A stretch of 64,000 bases of DNA from the human T2T-CHM13v2.0 reference genome, Homo sapiens. Numbering within the stretch: the first letter of the stretch is position 1; the number at the start of each line of letters is the position of its first letter. Below are positions 1 to 13,566 of the stretch, one piece after another. The translations under genes and the position numbers were made by a program. The stretch lies in the NCBI RefSeq assembly GCF_009914755.1, contig NC_060930.1, one strand, 5' to 3'. The notes below the pieces were generated by a model. The model searched no databases and was not told the DNA's origin. It was given only the letters and a program-made list of their open reading frames with translations.

Positions 1-3000
1 CACAGGTGACCACAACCCCCCAATACCAAACAGGTTCTTTAAAGAACTTCATAACTGTTAAAGAAATTGAATCCGTAGTTTGCAAACTCCCCTCAAAAGA
101 GGTCTCTAGCCCAGAGGTGTCACTCGGTAATTTACCATATGTTTAAAGAAGAATTAATGCTAGTTCTACATTCTCTTCCAGAAAATACAAGAAGATAGAC
201 CATTCCCCAGTGAGGCCAGTATTACCCTGACACCCAAACCAGACAAAAAAAAAATAGTGCAAAATAGAAAACTACAGGCCATTATCCCTTTTGAATGTAG
301 GTACAAAAATCTTGAACAAAATATGAGTGAATCAAATCCAGCAATTAATTATACACTATGACCAAGTGGCTGGTTTAGTACTTAAAAATCAGTCAGTGAA
401 ACCCTCCATATTAATAGATTAAGGAAGAAAAGTCACATGATCATATGAATCATTCAGAAAAAGGATTTGACAAAATTCAGTGCCCATTCATGGTTAAAAA
501 AAAAAAAAACTTTCAGAAAAATGATAATGGAGGAGATCTTTCTCAACTTGATAAAGAACATCTACAAAAGCCCCTACAGCCAATGTAACACATAATAGTA
601 AAAGACTAATTGCTTTTCTCCAATATCAGGGATATTAGGGACAGAGATGTCTGTCCTCACCACTCTTATTCAACATAGTGCTGGAAGTTCTGTCTAGTGC
701 AGTGAGGAAAGAAAAGGAAATAAAAAGCATGCAGACAAAAAGAAGGAAACAAAACTGTCTCTATTTGCAAATGACATGATTCTCTAAATAAAAAATCCCA
801 AGGAATCTACAAAAAAAACTAGAGCTAGGTGGGGTGTGGTGGCTCATGCCTGTAATCCCAGCACTTTGGGAGGCTGAATTAAGAGGATTACCTAAACCAA
901 GAAGTTCAAGACCAGCCTGCGCAACATAGTAAGACCCCCATCTCTACAAAAAATTGAAAAATTAGCTGGATGTATTAGCTACTCAGGGAGCTGAGCTGGG
1001 AGGGATTGTTTGAGCCAGAGAGGTCAGGGCTCTGGTGATCCATGATCACATCACCATACTCCAGCCTGGGCAACCGAGTGAGACCCTGTCCTTAAAAAAC
1101 AAACAAAAACAAACTAGATCTAGTGAGAGTTCAGCAAGGCCTCAAGCTACAAGACCTATATACCAAAAATCACTTGCATTTCTATATACTATTAATGAAC
1201 ATATGGAAACCTAAATTTAAAAGATAGTACCACTTAACAATTGTTTCACAAAAATGAATTACCTGGGCATAAATTAAATAAACATATACAGGATCTGTAT
1301 GCTAAAAATTGCAAAATACTGATAAAAGAAATCAAAGCAAACCCAAAGAAGTGGAGACACATACCGTGTTCATGTACTGGAAGGCTCAGCAGAGACGTGG
1401 GTTCCCTCCAGACTGATGTACAGGTTTGATGTACTTGCTAGCAAAAATCCCAGCAAGGTATTTTTTTGTAGATGCGCAAGATTATTCTAAAATTTGTATG
1501 GAAGGGCAGTGAAACTAAAAGTCACGAAAATAATCTTGAAAAAGAAAAAGAAAATGGGCAGAATCACTGTATTTGATAACATACCTTGCTATATAACTGC
1601 AGTAATCAAGACAGTATAGTGTTGGTGAAGGGACAGACACAAGGTCAATGAAACAGAATAGAGAACCCAGACATAGACCCACACAAGTACCACCAGTGGA
1701 TTTGGACAAGGTGCAAAAGCAACTCATTGGAGGAAGGCAGCCTATTTAGCCAATGTGACTGGAGCACTGGATACCCATAAGCCAAAAAAAGAAAAAAAAA
1801 AAAAAAGGACCTTGTCTTTGGCCTCACACTTTTGTAAAATTAACTCAAATGGAAAATGAAATTAACTGTAAAACATAAAACTATTACACTTTTGGGAAAA
1901 AAATAGAAGATCTTTGGTATCTAGGGTCAGGCAAAGAGTTCTTAGACTTCATACCAAAAGCATAATCTATAAAAGGAAAAGTTGATAAATTGGAAACATT
2001 TTTAATTCAACATTTTAAATTCAAAATTAAAAATGTCGCTCTATTAGGATAAGGAAAAGACAACCTACTGCCAGGGAGAAAATACTTGCAAACCTCCTGT
2101 CTGACAGAGATCTTATACCTAGAAAATATAAAGAATCTCAGAACTCAACATTAAAAACAATCCAGTTAGAAAGTAGGCCAAAGATAGACATTTTACCAAA
2201 GACATTCAGATGGTAAATAAGTACATGAAAAGTTGTTCAACATAATTAACCATTAGGGAAATGCAAATTAAAACCACAGTGAGATAGCACTACACACGGA
2301 TTAGAGCAGCTAAAATTAAAAATAAAATAGTGACACCACCAAATTCTGGCGAGGATGCAGTCCTTATACACTAGCCTCTTACATGGCTGGTGTCGGTCAC
2401 TCTGGAAAACAGTTTGGCCGTTTCTTAAAAAACTAATAATGCACTTACCATCTGAACTAGCAATCACATGCCTGGGCATGAAAACTTAGGTTCATTCAAA
2501 AACCTGTGCATGAATATTCATAGCAGCTGTATTTGTAGTAGCACAGGTTGGAAGCAACCCAGATGTCTTTAAATGGACGAATGTTTAACAGGCTGGTGCA
2601 TCCATGCCATGAAGCACAACTCGGCAATAAAGAGGAATGAGTGGCTGGCGCTTGGTGAGTGGCTGACGCTTGGAACCACCTGAATGGATCTCAAGGGAAT
2701 TATACTGAGTAAAAAAGCCAATCCCAAAAGGTCACATATTACATGATTCTATTTATGTTACATTCTGAAAATGACAGGATAAAGAGATGGATAACAGATT
2801 AAGTTGCCAGGGATTTGGGACAGCACAAGGGAGGTCTTATGTGGAGAGACAGTTTTGTTTCTTGATGGTAGTGGCAGGGGCTACACAAACCCACCAGGTT
2901 TTGAAATTGCCTAGAACCTGAATAAGGATTGTGGATGGCACTGATGCCAGCTTCCTGGTTTGGATATTGCCCTGTAGTATGTCAGATGTTACCCTTGGTG

Positions 3001-3075
3001 AAGGATACATGGGGCCCTCTATCCTATCTTTGTCAATTCCTGTGAATCTATAGTCGTTTCAAAATAAAAATTAAA
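1..3075 (+). mobile_element. Old degraded L1 (L1M-type) ORF2 remnant and 3' end, interrupted by an Alu
   Basis: A-rich sequence with L1 ORF2 motifs (tttgacaaaattca, ccactcttattcaacatagtgctggaagt, ctatttgcaaatgacatgat, gggaaatgcaaattaaaaccaca). Ends with cctgtgaatctatagtcgtttcaaaataaaaa. No long ORF remains. Confidence 0.85.
827..1112 (+). mobile_element. Alu, old (AluJ-like), inserted in L1
   Basis: Begins ggtggggtgtggtggctcatgcctgtaatcccagcactttgggagg, is dimeric and has an A-rich tail. Flanked by the duplication aaactagagctag / aaactagatctag. Confidence 0.9.
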
Positions 3076-3099
3076 AAATAAATCACCAACCAAACAGAT

Positions 3100-5740
3100 A
3101 CCTAAGGTCTCAGGGACACTGGGAAATTAAAAGTTTTAGGACAGAAAAAGCTGTTCCGTGCAGCTGCTAACCCAAAGAAACCAGTGCGCCTGCATCAGAA
3201 GTGGACTTCAGGTAGAAATGGCCATGAGAGGAAGAAGGGACATTTGAGAAGAAAGGTCAGCGCCCCAGGATTATTTCCGGATTCTCTAGATCTGTAAGTT
3301 AGTATGCACAGTTTCCAGATGCATCAGATGAAAACTGACACAACTGAAAAACGAAGCAGACATATCTGTAATCACAGTGGGACGTGTGAGCACAGGGGTC
3401 CACAAACTGTAGCCAGTAGGCCAAGTCTGGCCTTTGGCCTGCTTTTGTGTGGGTCTGTGAGCTAAGAATGCTTTTTGGAGTTTTTAAAGGGTTGGTTTAA
3501 AAAAGAATATCTAACAGAAACTGTAGGGGGCCAGTGAAGCCTAAACTCTTCACTGTCTGGCCCCTGCAGAGGAAGTCTATGGAGCTTTAACAAAGCCTCT
3601 CTCAAGAGCTGATAGGACAAACAGACAGAAGGTTAGTATGGATTCGAATTGTTGAACACATTTTGAACACAGTGAACACACTCATCCTAACGGACATATA
3701 GAATCCTGCACCCAAAAGCTATAGGGTAAACACTTCTCCAGTGCATATGGGAAATCTACCAGAATTGACTAGATGACAGCTCATAAAGCAAGCTTCAGCA
3801 AATTTCAAACAATTGAAAGCATCCCTCTTTTTTCTGTCCACAGTAAGCTAGAAATCAGTAATAACAATAAGTAAAAATTCTGTTATTTGAAATTAAAATA
3901 GTACACTTCTAAATAATTCACAGGGAAAAAGCAGAAACCACAGTGGGCATTATAAAATATTTTGAATGACAGTGAAAATATTGTCCATAAAAAATGTGTG
4001 GGATGAAGCTGAAAGCTGTTCTGAGAAGGAAATTTGTAGAATTAAATGAATATACTTTAAAAAAAAGGCTGAAAATCAATGATCTAAGTATACATCTCTA
4101 TAAATTAATAAAAAATCAAACTCAGGGAGTGTGGTAGGTAGGAAGGAAATAGTAAAAGCAGGAACTAGTGAAATAGGAAACAAATGGAGAATAGAGAAAG
4201 GTTTTTTTTATGTCATTCGCAGGAGTTCTCCCTCCTTGCTGGTGGGAATTCAAAGTGGTGCAGCCACTCTGGATGGCCATGAGGTGGTTTCTTAACAAAG
4301 CTAAACAGGTCTTAACACACAGTCCAGTAGCTGCGCCCCTTGCTGCAGCCACACCACAACCTGTACATAGAAGTTTCGGCAACCCTATTCATAACTACCA
4401 AAACTTGGAAGCAGCCAAGATGTCCTTCAGTGGGTGATTAGATGAACGAACTGTGGTCCATCCAGACAGTGGAATGTTATTCAGTACTAAAAATACGTCT
4501 ATCAAGCTATGAAAAGACATGGAGGAAACTTAAATGCATGTTACTAAGTGACAGAAGCCAATCTGAAAAAGCTGCCTACTGTCTGATTCCAGCTATAGGA
4601 AGACTGGAAAAGGGAGAACTATGGAAACAGTAGAAAGATGAGTGCTTGCCAGGGGCTCAGGGGAGGGAGGCTGAGCAGGCAGGCGGGAGGGCTTTAGGGC
4701 AGTGTGCCTGCTCCAGATGATGCTCTCATGGTGGCTCCAGGTCATTACACATTTGTCCAAACTCGCAGAATGTACACCACCAAGAGTGAACCCTCGTGTC
4801 AACTGTGGACTTGAGGGACATGTCAGTGTGGGTTTGCCGATTGTAACAAATGTGTCCTCCAGGGATTGGCGGGTGGAGGCACTGATCTGTAGAGAAGCAG
4901 AGGGTATGTGGGAAATCTCTGTACCTTCCTCTCAATTTTGCTGTGAACCTAAAACTGTTCTAAAAACATAAAGTCCTTTTTTTTAAGTTAATTTGAAAAG
5001 ATGAATAAAACTGATAAACCTGTTACTAAATTGATGAAGAAAAGCAGAAAGCACAAATTGCCAGTATACAGCATGAAAAAGGGACATCTGTATACATAGA
5101 TAATGCAGACTAAAGAGATGAGGGAATATTTATACCAATACATTTGAAACTTCAAGTAAAATGCGTGCCATGAAAATTTCAGGTAAAATGAACACATTCC
5201 TTGAAAAATACAACCTAATAAGACTGAAGTATGAAGAAATAGAAAACTAGAAACCTTGAATGGTTCCATGTCTACTGAAGACATTGAATCTGAAATGAAA
5301 ACTCTGCCCACAAGGAAACCTCAGGATCAGAGGGCTTCCCTGTGAGTTTTTCCAGACACCGAAGGAGGAACCAGCAGCTGTGCTACGCCCTTTCTTCCAG
5401 AGAGCAGAAGAAGAAGGAAGGCTTTCCAACTGTTTCTCTAAGTCCAGCAAAATCCTGATGCAAAAATCTAACAAAGACATCACAAGAAATAGAAATTTAG
5501 GCCATTCTGTTTCATGAAAATAAAGCTTCCAAACAAAATACTAACAAATCAAATCCAGCAATATGTAAAACCAATAATACATGATGACCAAGTTGGGTTT
5601 ATTTTTGGAATGCAATATTGATTTAACATTTGAAAACCATTGTAAATAACAATGAATAAGAAAAAGGATATAATGGATGCTAAAAAAATACTTGATTAAA
5701 TTCAGTACCTGTTCATGGCAGTCACCTTCAGGCTTCTGTA
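3100..5740 (+). mobile_element. Degraded L1 ORF2 fragments, interrupted by a MER58-like element and by a second L1 3' end (~4230-4985)
   Basis: L1-like motifs such as acacttctaaataattca, aaatcaatgatctaag and catgatgaccaagttgggtttatt. The 4230-4985 segment resembles an L1MB/MC 3' UTR (atcaagctatgaaaagacatggaggaaacttaaatgc ... gctgtgaacctaaaactgttctaaaaa). Confidence 0.7.
3393..3585 (+). mobile_element. MER58-like hAT-Charlie DNA transposon remnant
   Basis: caggggtccacaaactgtagcc...ggccaagtctggcc...gagctaagaatg...actgtctggcccctgcagaggaagt resembles the recalled MER58 consensus. Confidence 0.65.
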
Positions 5741-6975
5741 GGAAATACACTTCTCACTAACACGTCCTGTTAGCATCTGCTCAGCCCTGTGTACGTGTGT
5801 AATGGTTGCTCTTTTTAAAAACAAGTGTTGTTTTGGATAATTTTGTAGAATAAAAAGTGTCGCACAGCACTATTTTAGGGTATAGTAGTGCTGTGCAACA
5901 AAAATCATTTTGATTAAACCTAGATTAACTCTCGGATAATCTCAGTTCATGATACGTTTCTTACAGTGGTGAGCAAGGTTCTTCTGTTTTAGTAAGTGAA
6001 GCCTTAACTTCTAAAGGAGCTAAAATATCTGTTACTTTTTTCCTAATTTATTTTAGTTTTATTTAAAATAACTCTTGGTTAATTTGAGCTACATAGATAA
6101 GCCAGACAATGACGGATTCAGTTTCACTTACCTCATTTACGGACTCATGTGGACACTCGCTAGATATCGGTATCACTTTCCATGGGGCCAGTGTCAGCCA
6201 GGAGGTAGAGAGTATCTCATGCAGCATCCTCGCTAAATGCAGGAACCCTCTGCAGCATCTTAGGATAGCTTCCCCGTTTGAGAACAGAATGTTGGACATC
6301 AAGGTAAATTTGACAGTGAAAAGAAATATTTCATATTGGTATGGTCTTAATTTGCAAAGATTATCAGCCTATCAACCTAGTGAGATACATAAGCCATTTT
6401 ATTCTTAAATGATAAGTGTTCATTTAAAGTTAGATCTTTCATAACAAATACTCATAATTACAACAATTATGATTTTTAAATACAATAAACTTAATAGTGT
6501 CTAAAATGATACTCTTTTGGCTTCCCTGTCTGTCCCTTTGCCTTTGAAGAAAGTTGTTCAGGAAAGAATGCACCCAGAAGTGAATGATCATGTGAGCTTT
6601 TTCCTAGTGGACCACAGTTTTCACCGTTTCTGTTCTCGGCCTAGAGGTTCCTGGGAGGCAAGAGACACTGTGCTCACTGCCTCTGTATGTGGAGCAGGCC
6701 TGAGTAAGTGTCTGAGGTTTGAATGGATGGGTGGATGGATGAAGACACACTCTGACTGTAGAGGCACCCTCATTTCTGTCAGCTGAGGTTGTTTCCAAGT
6801 CCTCTGTAATCAGTAGAGCTGGTGAAGCTCAGCTTTGAGGATGCAGCTATGGTGATGCTGTCCAGTTACTGAGTGAGCATCCGTTCTGAGCAGAGTAACT
6901 TTGCAGAGCTGAGATCTGTTTCCTGCATGTGTGACTCCTGTCTTACATTTTTGGTGTGTGTTCTGGTCTCCACAG

Positions 6976-7182
6976 CCTGATTACATCAACCCCAGAGCCG
7001 TGCAGCTGGGCTCCCTTCTCGTCCGCGGCCTCACCACTCTGGTTTTAGTCAACAGCGCATGTGGCTTCCCCTGGAAGACGAGTGATTTCATGCCCTGGAA
7101 TGTATTTGACGGGAAGCTTTTTCATCAGAAGTACTTGCAATCTGAAAAGGGTTATGCTGTGGAGGTTCTTTTAGAACAAAAT
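6976..7182 (+). CDS. FAM120B: FAM120B internal coding exon (207 nt, phase 0/0): PDYINPRAVQLGSLLVRGLTTLVLVNSACGFPWKTSDFMPWNVFDGKLFHQKYLQSEKGYAVEVLLEQN
   Basis: Acceptor ttctggtctccacag| and donor |gtgagt bound an open frame. The PWNVFDGKLFHQKY motif is typical of the FAM120 family. It joins in frame to the next exon. Confidence 0.93.
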
Positions 7183-7356
7183 GTGAGTTCACAGACACCT
7201 ACCTTTCACCAGAAACATCCCTGTAGCTCCAGGCTGCACAAAAAACATGAAGTCGGCTGTTGCATTTTTCAAATTAATGCTTTCCAAATAAAGGATTCCG
7301 TTAAACCAGGAACACATGATTTGAAGCATTAGGCTTCTGCATCAACATAACTAATA

Positions 7357-8086
7357 CAGGCTGAATATCCCTTATCTGAAATACTTAGGACCAGAAGTGT
7401 TTTGGATTTTGAATGTTTTTGGAATTTTGGAATGTTTGCATATACAGTTGATCCTTGAACAATGCAAGGGTTAAGGGCTCCAAATCCTTCTGCAGTGGAA
7501 AACCTGTATATAATTTTTGACTCCCCCAAAACGTTACTACAAAGAGCCTACTGTTGACCAGAAGCCTTAACCAATAACATAAGCCGTCAATTAACACATC
7601 ATTTGTATTATATATGTATTATATACTGTATTCTTACAATAAAGTAAGTGAGCTAGAGAAAAGAAAATGTGATTAAGAAAATCATAAGAGAGAACTATAT
7701 TTACTGTCCATTAAATGGAGGTGATCATCCTCACATTGAGTGGGCTGAGAAGGAGGAAGAGGGGTGGGTCTTGCTGCCTCAGGCGTGGCAGAGGCAGAAG
7801 AAGATTCGAGTGTAAGTGATCTATGCAGTTCAAACCCATGTTGTTCAAGGGTCAGCTGTACATACATAATGAGATATCTTGGGGCTGAGACCCAAATCTA
7901 AACACAAAGTTCATGTATGTCTCATATACTCCTTATACAATAGCCCGAAAGTAATTTTATACAGTATTATTAATGACGTGCATGGAACAGTGTTTTCACT
8001 GCATCCATCACATGAGACCAGGTGTGGAATTTTCCACTTATAGCAGTTTTAGATTTTGGATTTTCAGATTAGGAGTGCTCAACCTG
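7357..8086. mobile_element. Tigger4/MER46-like TcMar DNA transposon, split by a nested Tigger2-like element
   Basis: Terminal inverted repeats caggctgaatatccc ... gagtgctcaacctg with TA on both flanks. Confidence 0.75.
7445..7858. mobile_element. Tigger2/MER28-like non-autonomous DNA transposon
   Basis: TIRs cagttgatccttgaacaa ... ttgttcaagggtcagctg with a TA target duplication. Confidence 0.78.
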
Positions 8087-8254
8087 TAGCTTCTTCCAGA
8101 ATTCTTAAATAGGGTTCAGGACTCCCAAACTTATGGTTAGGTAGGGCGAGCAGTATCACACCCAGTCTGACACATTTTTAATTTTTGAAGTGCTTTTCAC
8201 TCCTCTCCCCATTTCTCACACACACACACGCACACATATATGTAATACACATAC

Positions 8255-8549
8255 TTTTTTTTTTTGAGACAGGGTCTTGCTCTGTTGCCCAGCCTGGAAT
8301 GCAGTGGTGCAATCTCCACTAACTGCAAACTTCCACCTCCTGGGCTCAAGTGATCCTCCCTCCTCAGCCTTCTGAGTAGCCAGGACTGCAGGCGCGCATC
8401 ACCATGCCCAGCTAATTTTTGTATTTTCTGTAGAGGTGAGGTTTTTCCACGTTGCCCAGGCTGGTCTTGAACTCCTGGGCTCAAAGTGATCCGTCTGCCT
8501 CAGCCTCCCAAAGTGCTGGGATTACAGGTGTGAGCCACCGCGACCAGCC
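8255..8549 (-). mobile_element. Alu (AluJ-like), antisense, preceded by a (CA)n/TA-rich microsatellite
   Basis: Poly-T followed by gagacagggtcttgctctgttgcccag ... caaagtgctgggattacaggtgtgagccacc. Confidence 0.92.
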
Positions 8550-9679
8550 CCTCTCCCTATTTTTTAATGAGGAACTAATACTCCCTGCAAAAGTGCCCCA
8601 CAGATATCAGACTAATCTGATAGGTGTAGTTATGATTTATTACTTGAAAATACTCCCCAAAGGCTGCCAATTTAGTTGGGGACGCTGGCTGCTGTCCAGC
8701 TTAATAAATACAATCGCTACATGACTCCTGGAAGATTTCCAAGTAAGGCCTCAAGCCAAGCTCATTTGGAATGTGTTTTAATACCCGCAGGGATGAGAAA
8801 AGCGGTGTGATCCGTGAGAGAGCATACCGGTCTGTCACGATAAAGCACTCCAAGCTTTCATAGCGGAGAGAACACATTTGGTAATGTGTTGCCATCACTG
8901 TTCCTCACATACACACACACAGATTCCAGAGTGGCATAGGACTGCAAGTATTTAGAACTTAGAAGCAGCCTGAATTTTATAGAGAGCAAAAGCAGAACAA
9001 GAGGAGAAATGTGCTTCTAATAAGCCAATAAGTATTGGAAAGTAGACTGTAGAAATGAAAGGTAAAGTAGCCTTAGTGTAGCCTGTAAGTCATTCCATCA
9101 AGGATCTTTTCCTTTCTTTATCCAATCTCTTGACCAAGTTCCAAGTGATTATACGTTCTAGTTTGGGAAAAAAAAAAAGTATAGGATAGAATATTCAACA
9201 ATAAAACAGGAAGCTTGAAGGAAAGGTTGAATGTTCCATGTTCCATTTCTTGATCTGCTGATGTTGTTTTGTTTTTTGTTTTTTGTTTTTTTTCTGACGT
9301 TGGCATTTCTGCGGAATGTTCTTATAATTAAGAATCGAAAGATTAAGATATATTAAATCCAAACACTTTTTAAGGTAAGATTGTGTGGTAATCACCTAAA
9401 TTGTCGTAATAGGACTTGAAGATTCTTTTTTAGAAATGATTGTTTAACCTACAGAAGCTGCTTGGTGTTCTTTTTCTGGGGGATTTAGGAGAATATGTTC
9501 TCGAAGAACCTCTTGGGATGTGGTCATGCTGAAGGAGAACTGTGCTGCGGTTCATGTCTGGGAGGAGGGTGCAGCCACCATTGCTGCCTCGCCTTGGGAA
9601 CAGTGTGGAAGGGTGTCCCCTAAGCTTCCTTCCAGCCACATCTGGCCCTACTTTGCCACATCTGGCCCCTCACATCTCA

Positions 9680-10288
<609 letters not shown>

Positions 10289-10823
10289 TCAGAAAGGATT
10301 CGCTCATTAATTAAATAATGAAGAACTCTTTCTCTGCATGTGTAACCTCCTTTCTAGGGTTCCCCAAAGTGGAACGGCTGCTTAGGTAATGTTTGTTTAT
10401 TTGACAAGAGTTTAGGTTTATTTTTTCTTATGATAAAAGTATATTATAAAAAATGAGTATAAAGAAAGTAATTAAAAAGGAAATATACATGGCCTTTAAT
10501 TCTATCACATAAAGACAACGAGCTTCTGCCAAGGTTTTCTGTGTTTGCATCTCATTGTGAGTACACTCCATGCAGTTTGCATCCTGCTTTCCCACTTAGC
10601 ACTTAACTTAGGGCGTTAACACCGTTCTTCTTAAACAACGGCCACAGAATCTTCCACTACTACATAGCTTGTTCCCCTGTTTGGAGCTCTGAGGGTATTT
10701 CCATTTTTTTCTCATTACTCCTAATGCTTGTATGTGTATTATTATTATTTTCTTCAAACAGAATATCATTGTCTGTGGAATCATAGATTGAAATGTAATC
10801 AATTTTAGGTAAATGATCACTGA

Positions 10824-11208
<385 letters not shown>

Positions 11209-11720
11209 TGAAGTTAGATATCTTATTAGTTTATTTTGTTAATGAGACTTTTTAATTATTCTTTCATGCCCTCCTTCAGTTCATGTTTACACCTGTAACT
11301 ACTGCAGTCCCATTATTTTTCTTGATGGAATAGGAGAACTCAGCCCAGATTCTTATCCACCCAGACTATCTCTAGGAGAACTACTTGGTGTCAGCCTTGC
11401 AAATACCATTCTCAGAGGTTTCGTGTCATGGGGGGAGTAGCCGCCTCAGATGCACCCAGATCCCACCAGGTGTCGTGCGTAGCACCCCATGAAGGGAGAG
11501 CAGCCAGGGTGTGTGGAGCCATGTCCAACCATGAGAGGGAAGGCTGCTTTTTCTACTGTTCCCAATCCTTTTCTCCATCTTTTGACTTTCTGCCACCAAC
11601 TATAGATAGACAGAGATTGAGACCCCCAAAACAAAGTTGATTTATTGCAAAATAAATGTGTGATACTCTCTCACATTGCCTGTTTCCTTACCTGGTTGGC
11701 AGTAGGTCCTCAGAAGTTTG

Positions 11721-11857
11721 CGCCGTGGCTGGGCACACACCTGTAATCTGAGCACTTTGGCAGGCTGAGGTGGGAGAATCACTTAAGGCCAGGAGTTTGA
11801 CACTGGCCTGAGAAACATAGCGAGACCCTGTCTTTACAAAAAAAAAAAAAAAAAAAA
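11721..11857 (+). mobile_element. Alu monomer (FLAM-like)
   Basis: Single left arm with an A tail and a probable TSD agaagtttgc / aaaagtctgc. Confidence 0.8.
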
Positions 11858-13108
11858 GTCTGCACTGCATACACAGTCCTGCAGGGTTCCCTCTCCTCTC
11901 CAGACTGAGGTTGTCAGCGAAGCCATGACAAGCGGCTGAGAGACCTGCAGATGCTGGACGCTGCTGCTTAGGTGGCAGTAGGCGTGGCGGTTGTCAGGCC
12001 AAACTCCTCTTTCATTTCAGAGGCCATGAGGTCCTGCAGGACAAGTTTATTTTGAGCACTAAAGATGACCTGTTAGTCTAATGCAGTGTGGTACAGTGGT
12101 ACTTGTAATTTTTATAGAAACTAAATTTTGACTATTTTCTAATGAAGTCTGCATACAAATGGGCAGAAATCAGTGTCCTGTCATATTATTCCAAGTTAAT
12201 GAGGCAAACTACATTTTCCTTTTGTATTATTCCATTAATGAGGCGAACTACATTTTAAGAGCTATGATAGATTAGTAAGATCATTTCGTGATTTGGAAAC
12301 TGTTCCCTTTTTTGTTCTCAAAGTAATTTTCTTCACAAATCCAACTTAAGGTTCTATGGTTCAGTCCCTCATTTTGCTGAAGAACCTTATGCCCCACATG
12401 GCTCACCCAAAACCAAGCTGATTCTTCGTTGCAGAACTTAGACTGAAGCCTCCACCGCTTGGCCCCAGCCCCATGTTCTTGGGTAATGCTGAGCTTGCAC
12501 CTCCTGTGTTGGGGAAGGGCTGTAGGGACGTGGTAGGGCCCTGCAGTCCTGACTGCCGTTGTCTGCTTCCACGGGCCGCACAGCCAGGCCACTGCAACAC
12601 CAAGCTACTCGGTGTGTTGGCCTCTGGACCCAAGCTGACAGCTGTGAGCTCACAACTGCTCCAAGCTTGGAGTCACCTGTTATTCTCAGTGTGTGGTCAC
12701 AAGTGCTCATGCTGGAGGTGAGCTGGAGACCACGTGTGTAAGATGAGCACACACGGGCTGACCCTGGCCAGATGTGAGGAGCATGTCACCAGTCCTGCAG
12801 ACCAGTAGCTCAGAGACAAGGGCAGCAGTCACAAAGGGATGACATCACGGCAGGAAGGTGGGTCTTGGGGGACTTTCAGTAGCTAGACTGGGGTAAAACA
12901 CCACAATGGGAGGACACTGGGGAAGGTGAGTCAGCCTTAGAGACCACAGAGGCTGCTGAATGCCAGGCAAGTCGTGGCTTTTCTACCCACCTCATACTGG
13001 GGAGGTTTTGAAGTTTTTTGAGGTGATGTGATGAGAAATCTGTTAGTTCAGGACCTGTATCTGGGCCCCAGACAAGGGGGTTGGTCCTGAGGGCAGCCCA
13101 GGAGCATG

Positions 13109-13566
13109 TGCCAGCACAAGGCCACGCCTCCGTGGACACCGCAGCATGCCAGCACAAGGCCACGCCTCCGTGGACACCGCAGCATGCCAGCACAAGGCCA
13201 CGCCTCCGTGGACACCGCAGCATGCCAGCACAAGGCCACGCCTCCGTGGACACCGCAGCATGCCAGCACAAGGCCACGCCTCCGTGGACACCGCAGCATG
13301 CCAGCACAAGGCCACGCCTCCGTGGACACCGCAGCATGCCAGCACAAGGCCACGCCTCCGTGGACACCGCAGCATGCCAGCACAAGGCCACGCCTCCGTG
13401 GACACCGCAGCATGCCAGCACAAGGCCACGCCTCCGTGGACACCGCAGCATGCCAGCACAAGGCCACGCCTCTGTGGACACCGCAGCATGCCAGCACAAG
13501 GCCACGCCTCCGTGGACACCGCAGCATGTCAGCACAAGGCCACGCCTCCGTGGACACCGCAGCATG
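13109..13566. repeat. 38-bp GC-rich minisatellite, ~12 near-identical copies (gccagcacaaggccacgcctccgtggacaccgcagcat)
   Basis: Directly visible tandem array. I see only two substitutions, near 13473 and 13528. Confidence 0.97.

Noticed and set aside
6640-6745. Possible L2/MIR 3' ends here and at ~56380-56450 and ~57210-57290
   Set aside because: Only short tgaatg/cattca-type similarity, too weak to call without a profile search.
6931-7332. 133-aa ORF treated as a standalone gene
   Set aside because: Only 6976-7182 is FAM120B-like and bounded by splice sites. The flanks are intronic read-through.
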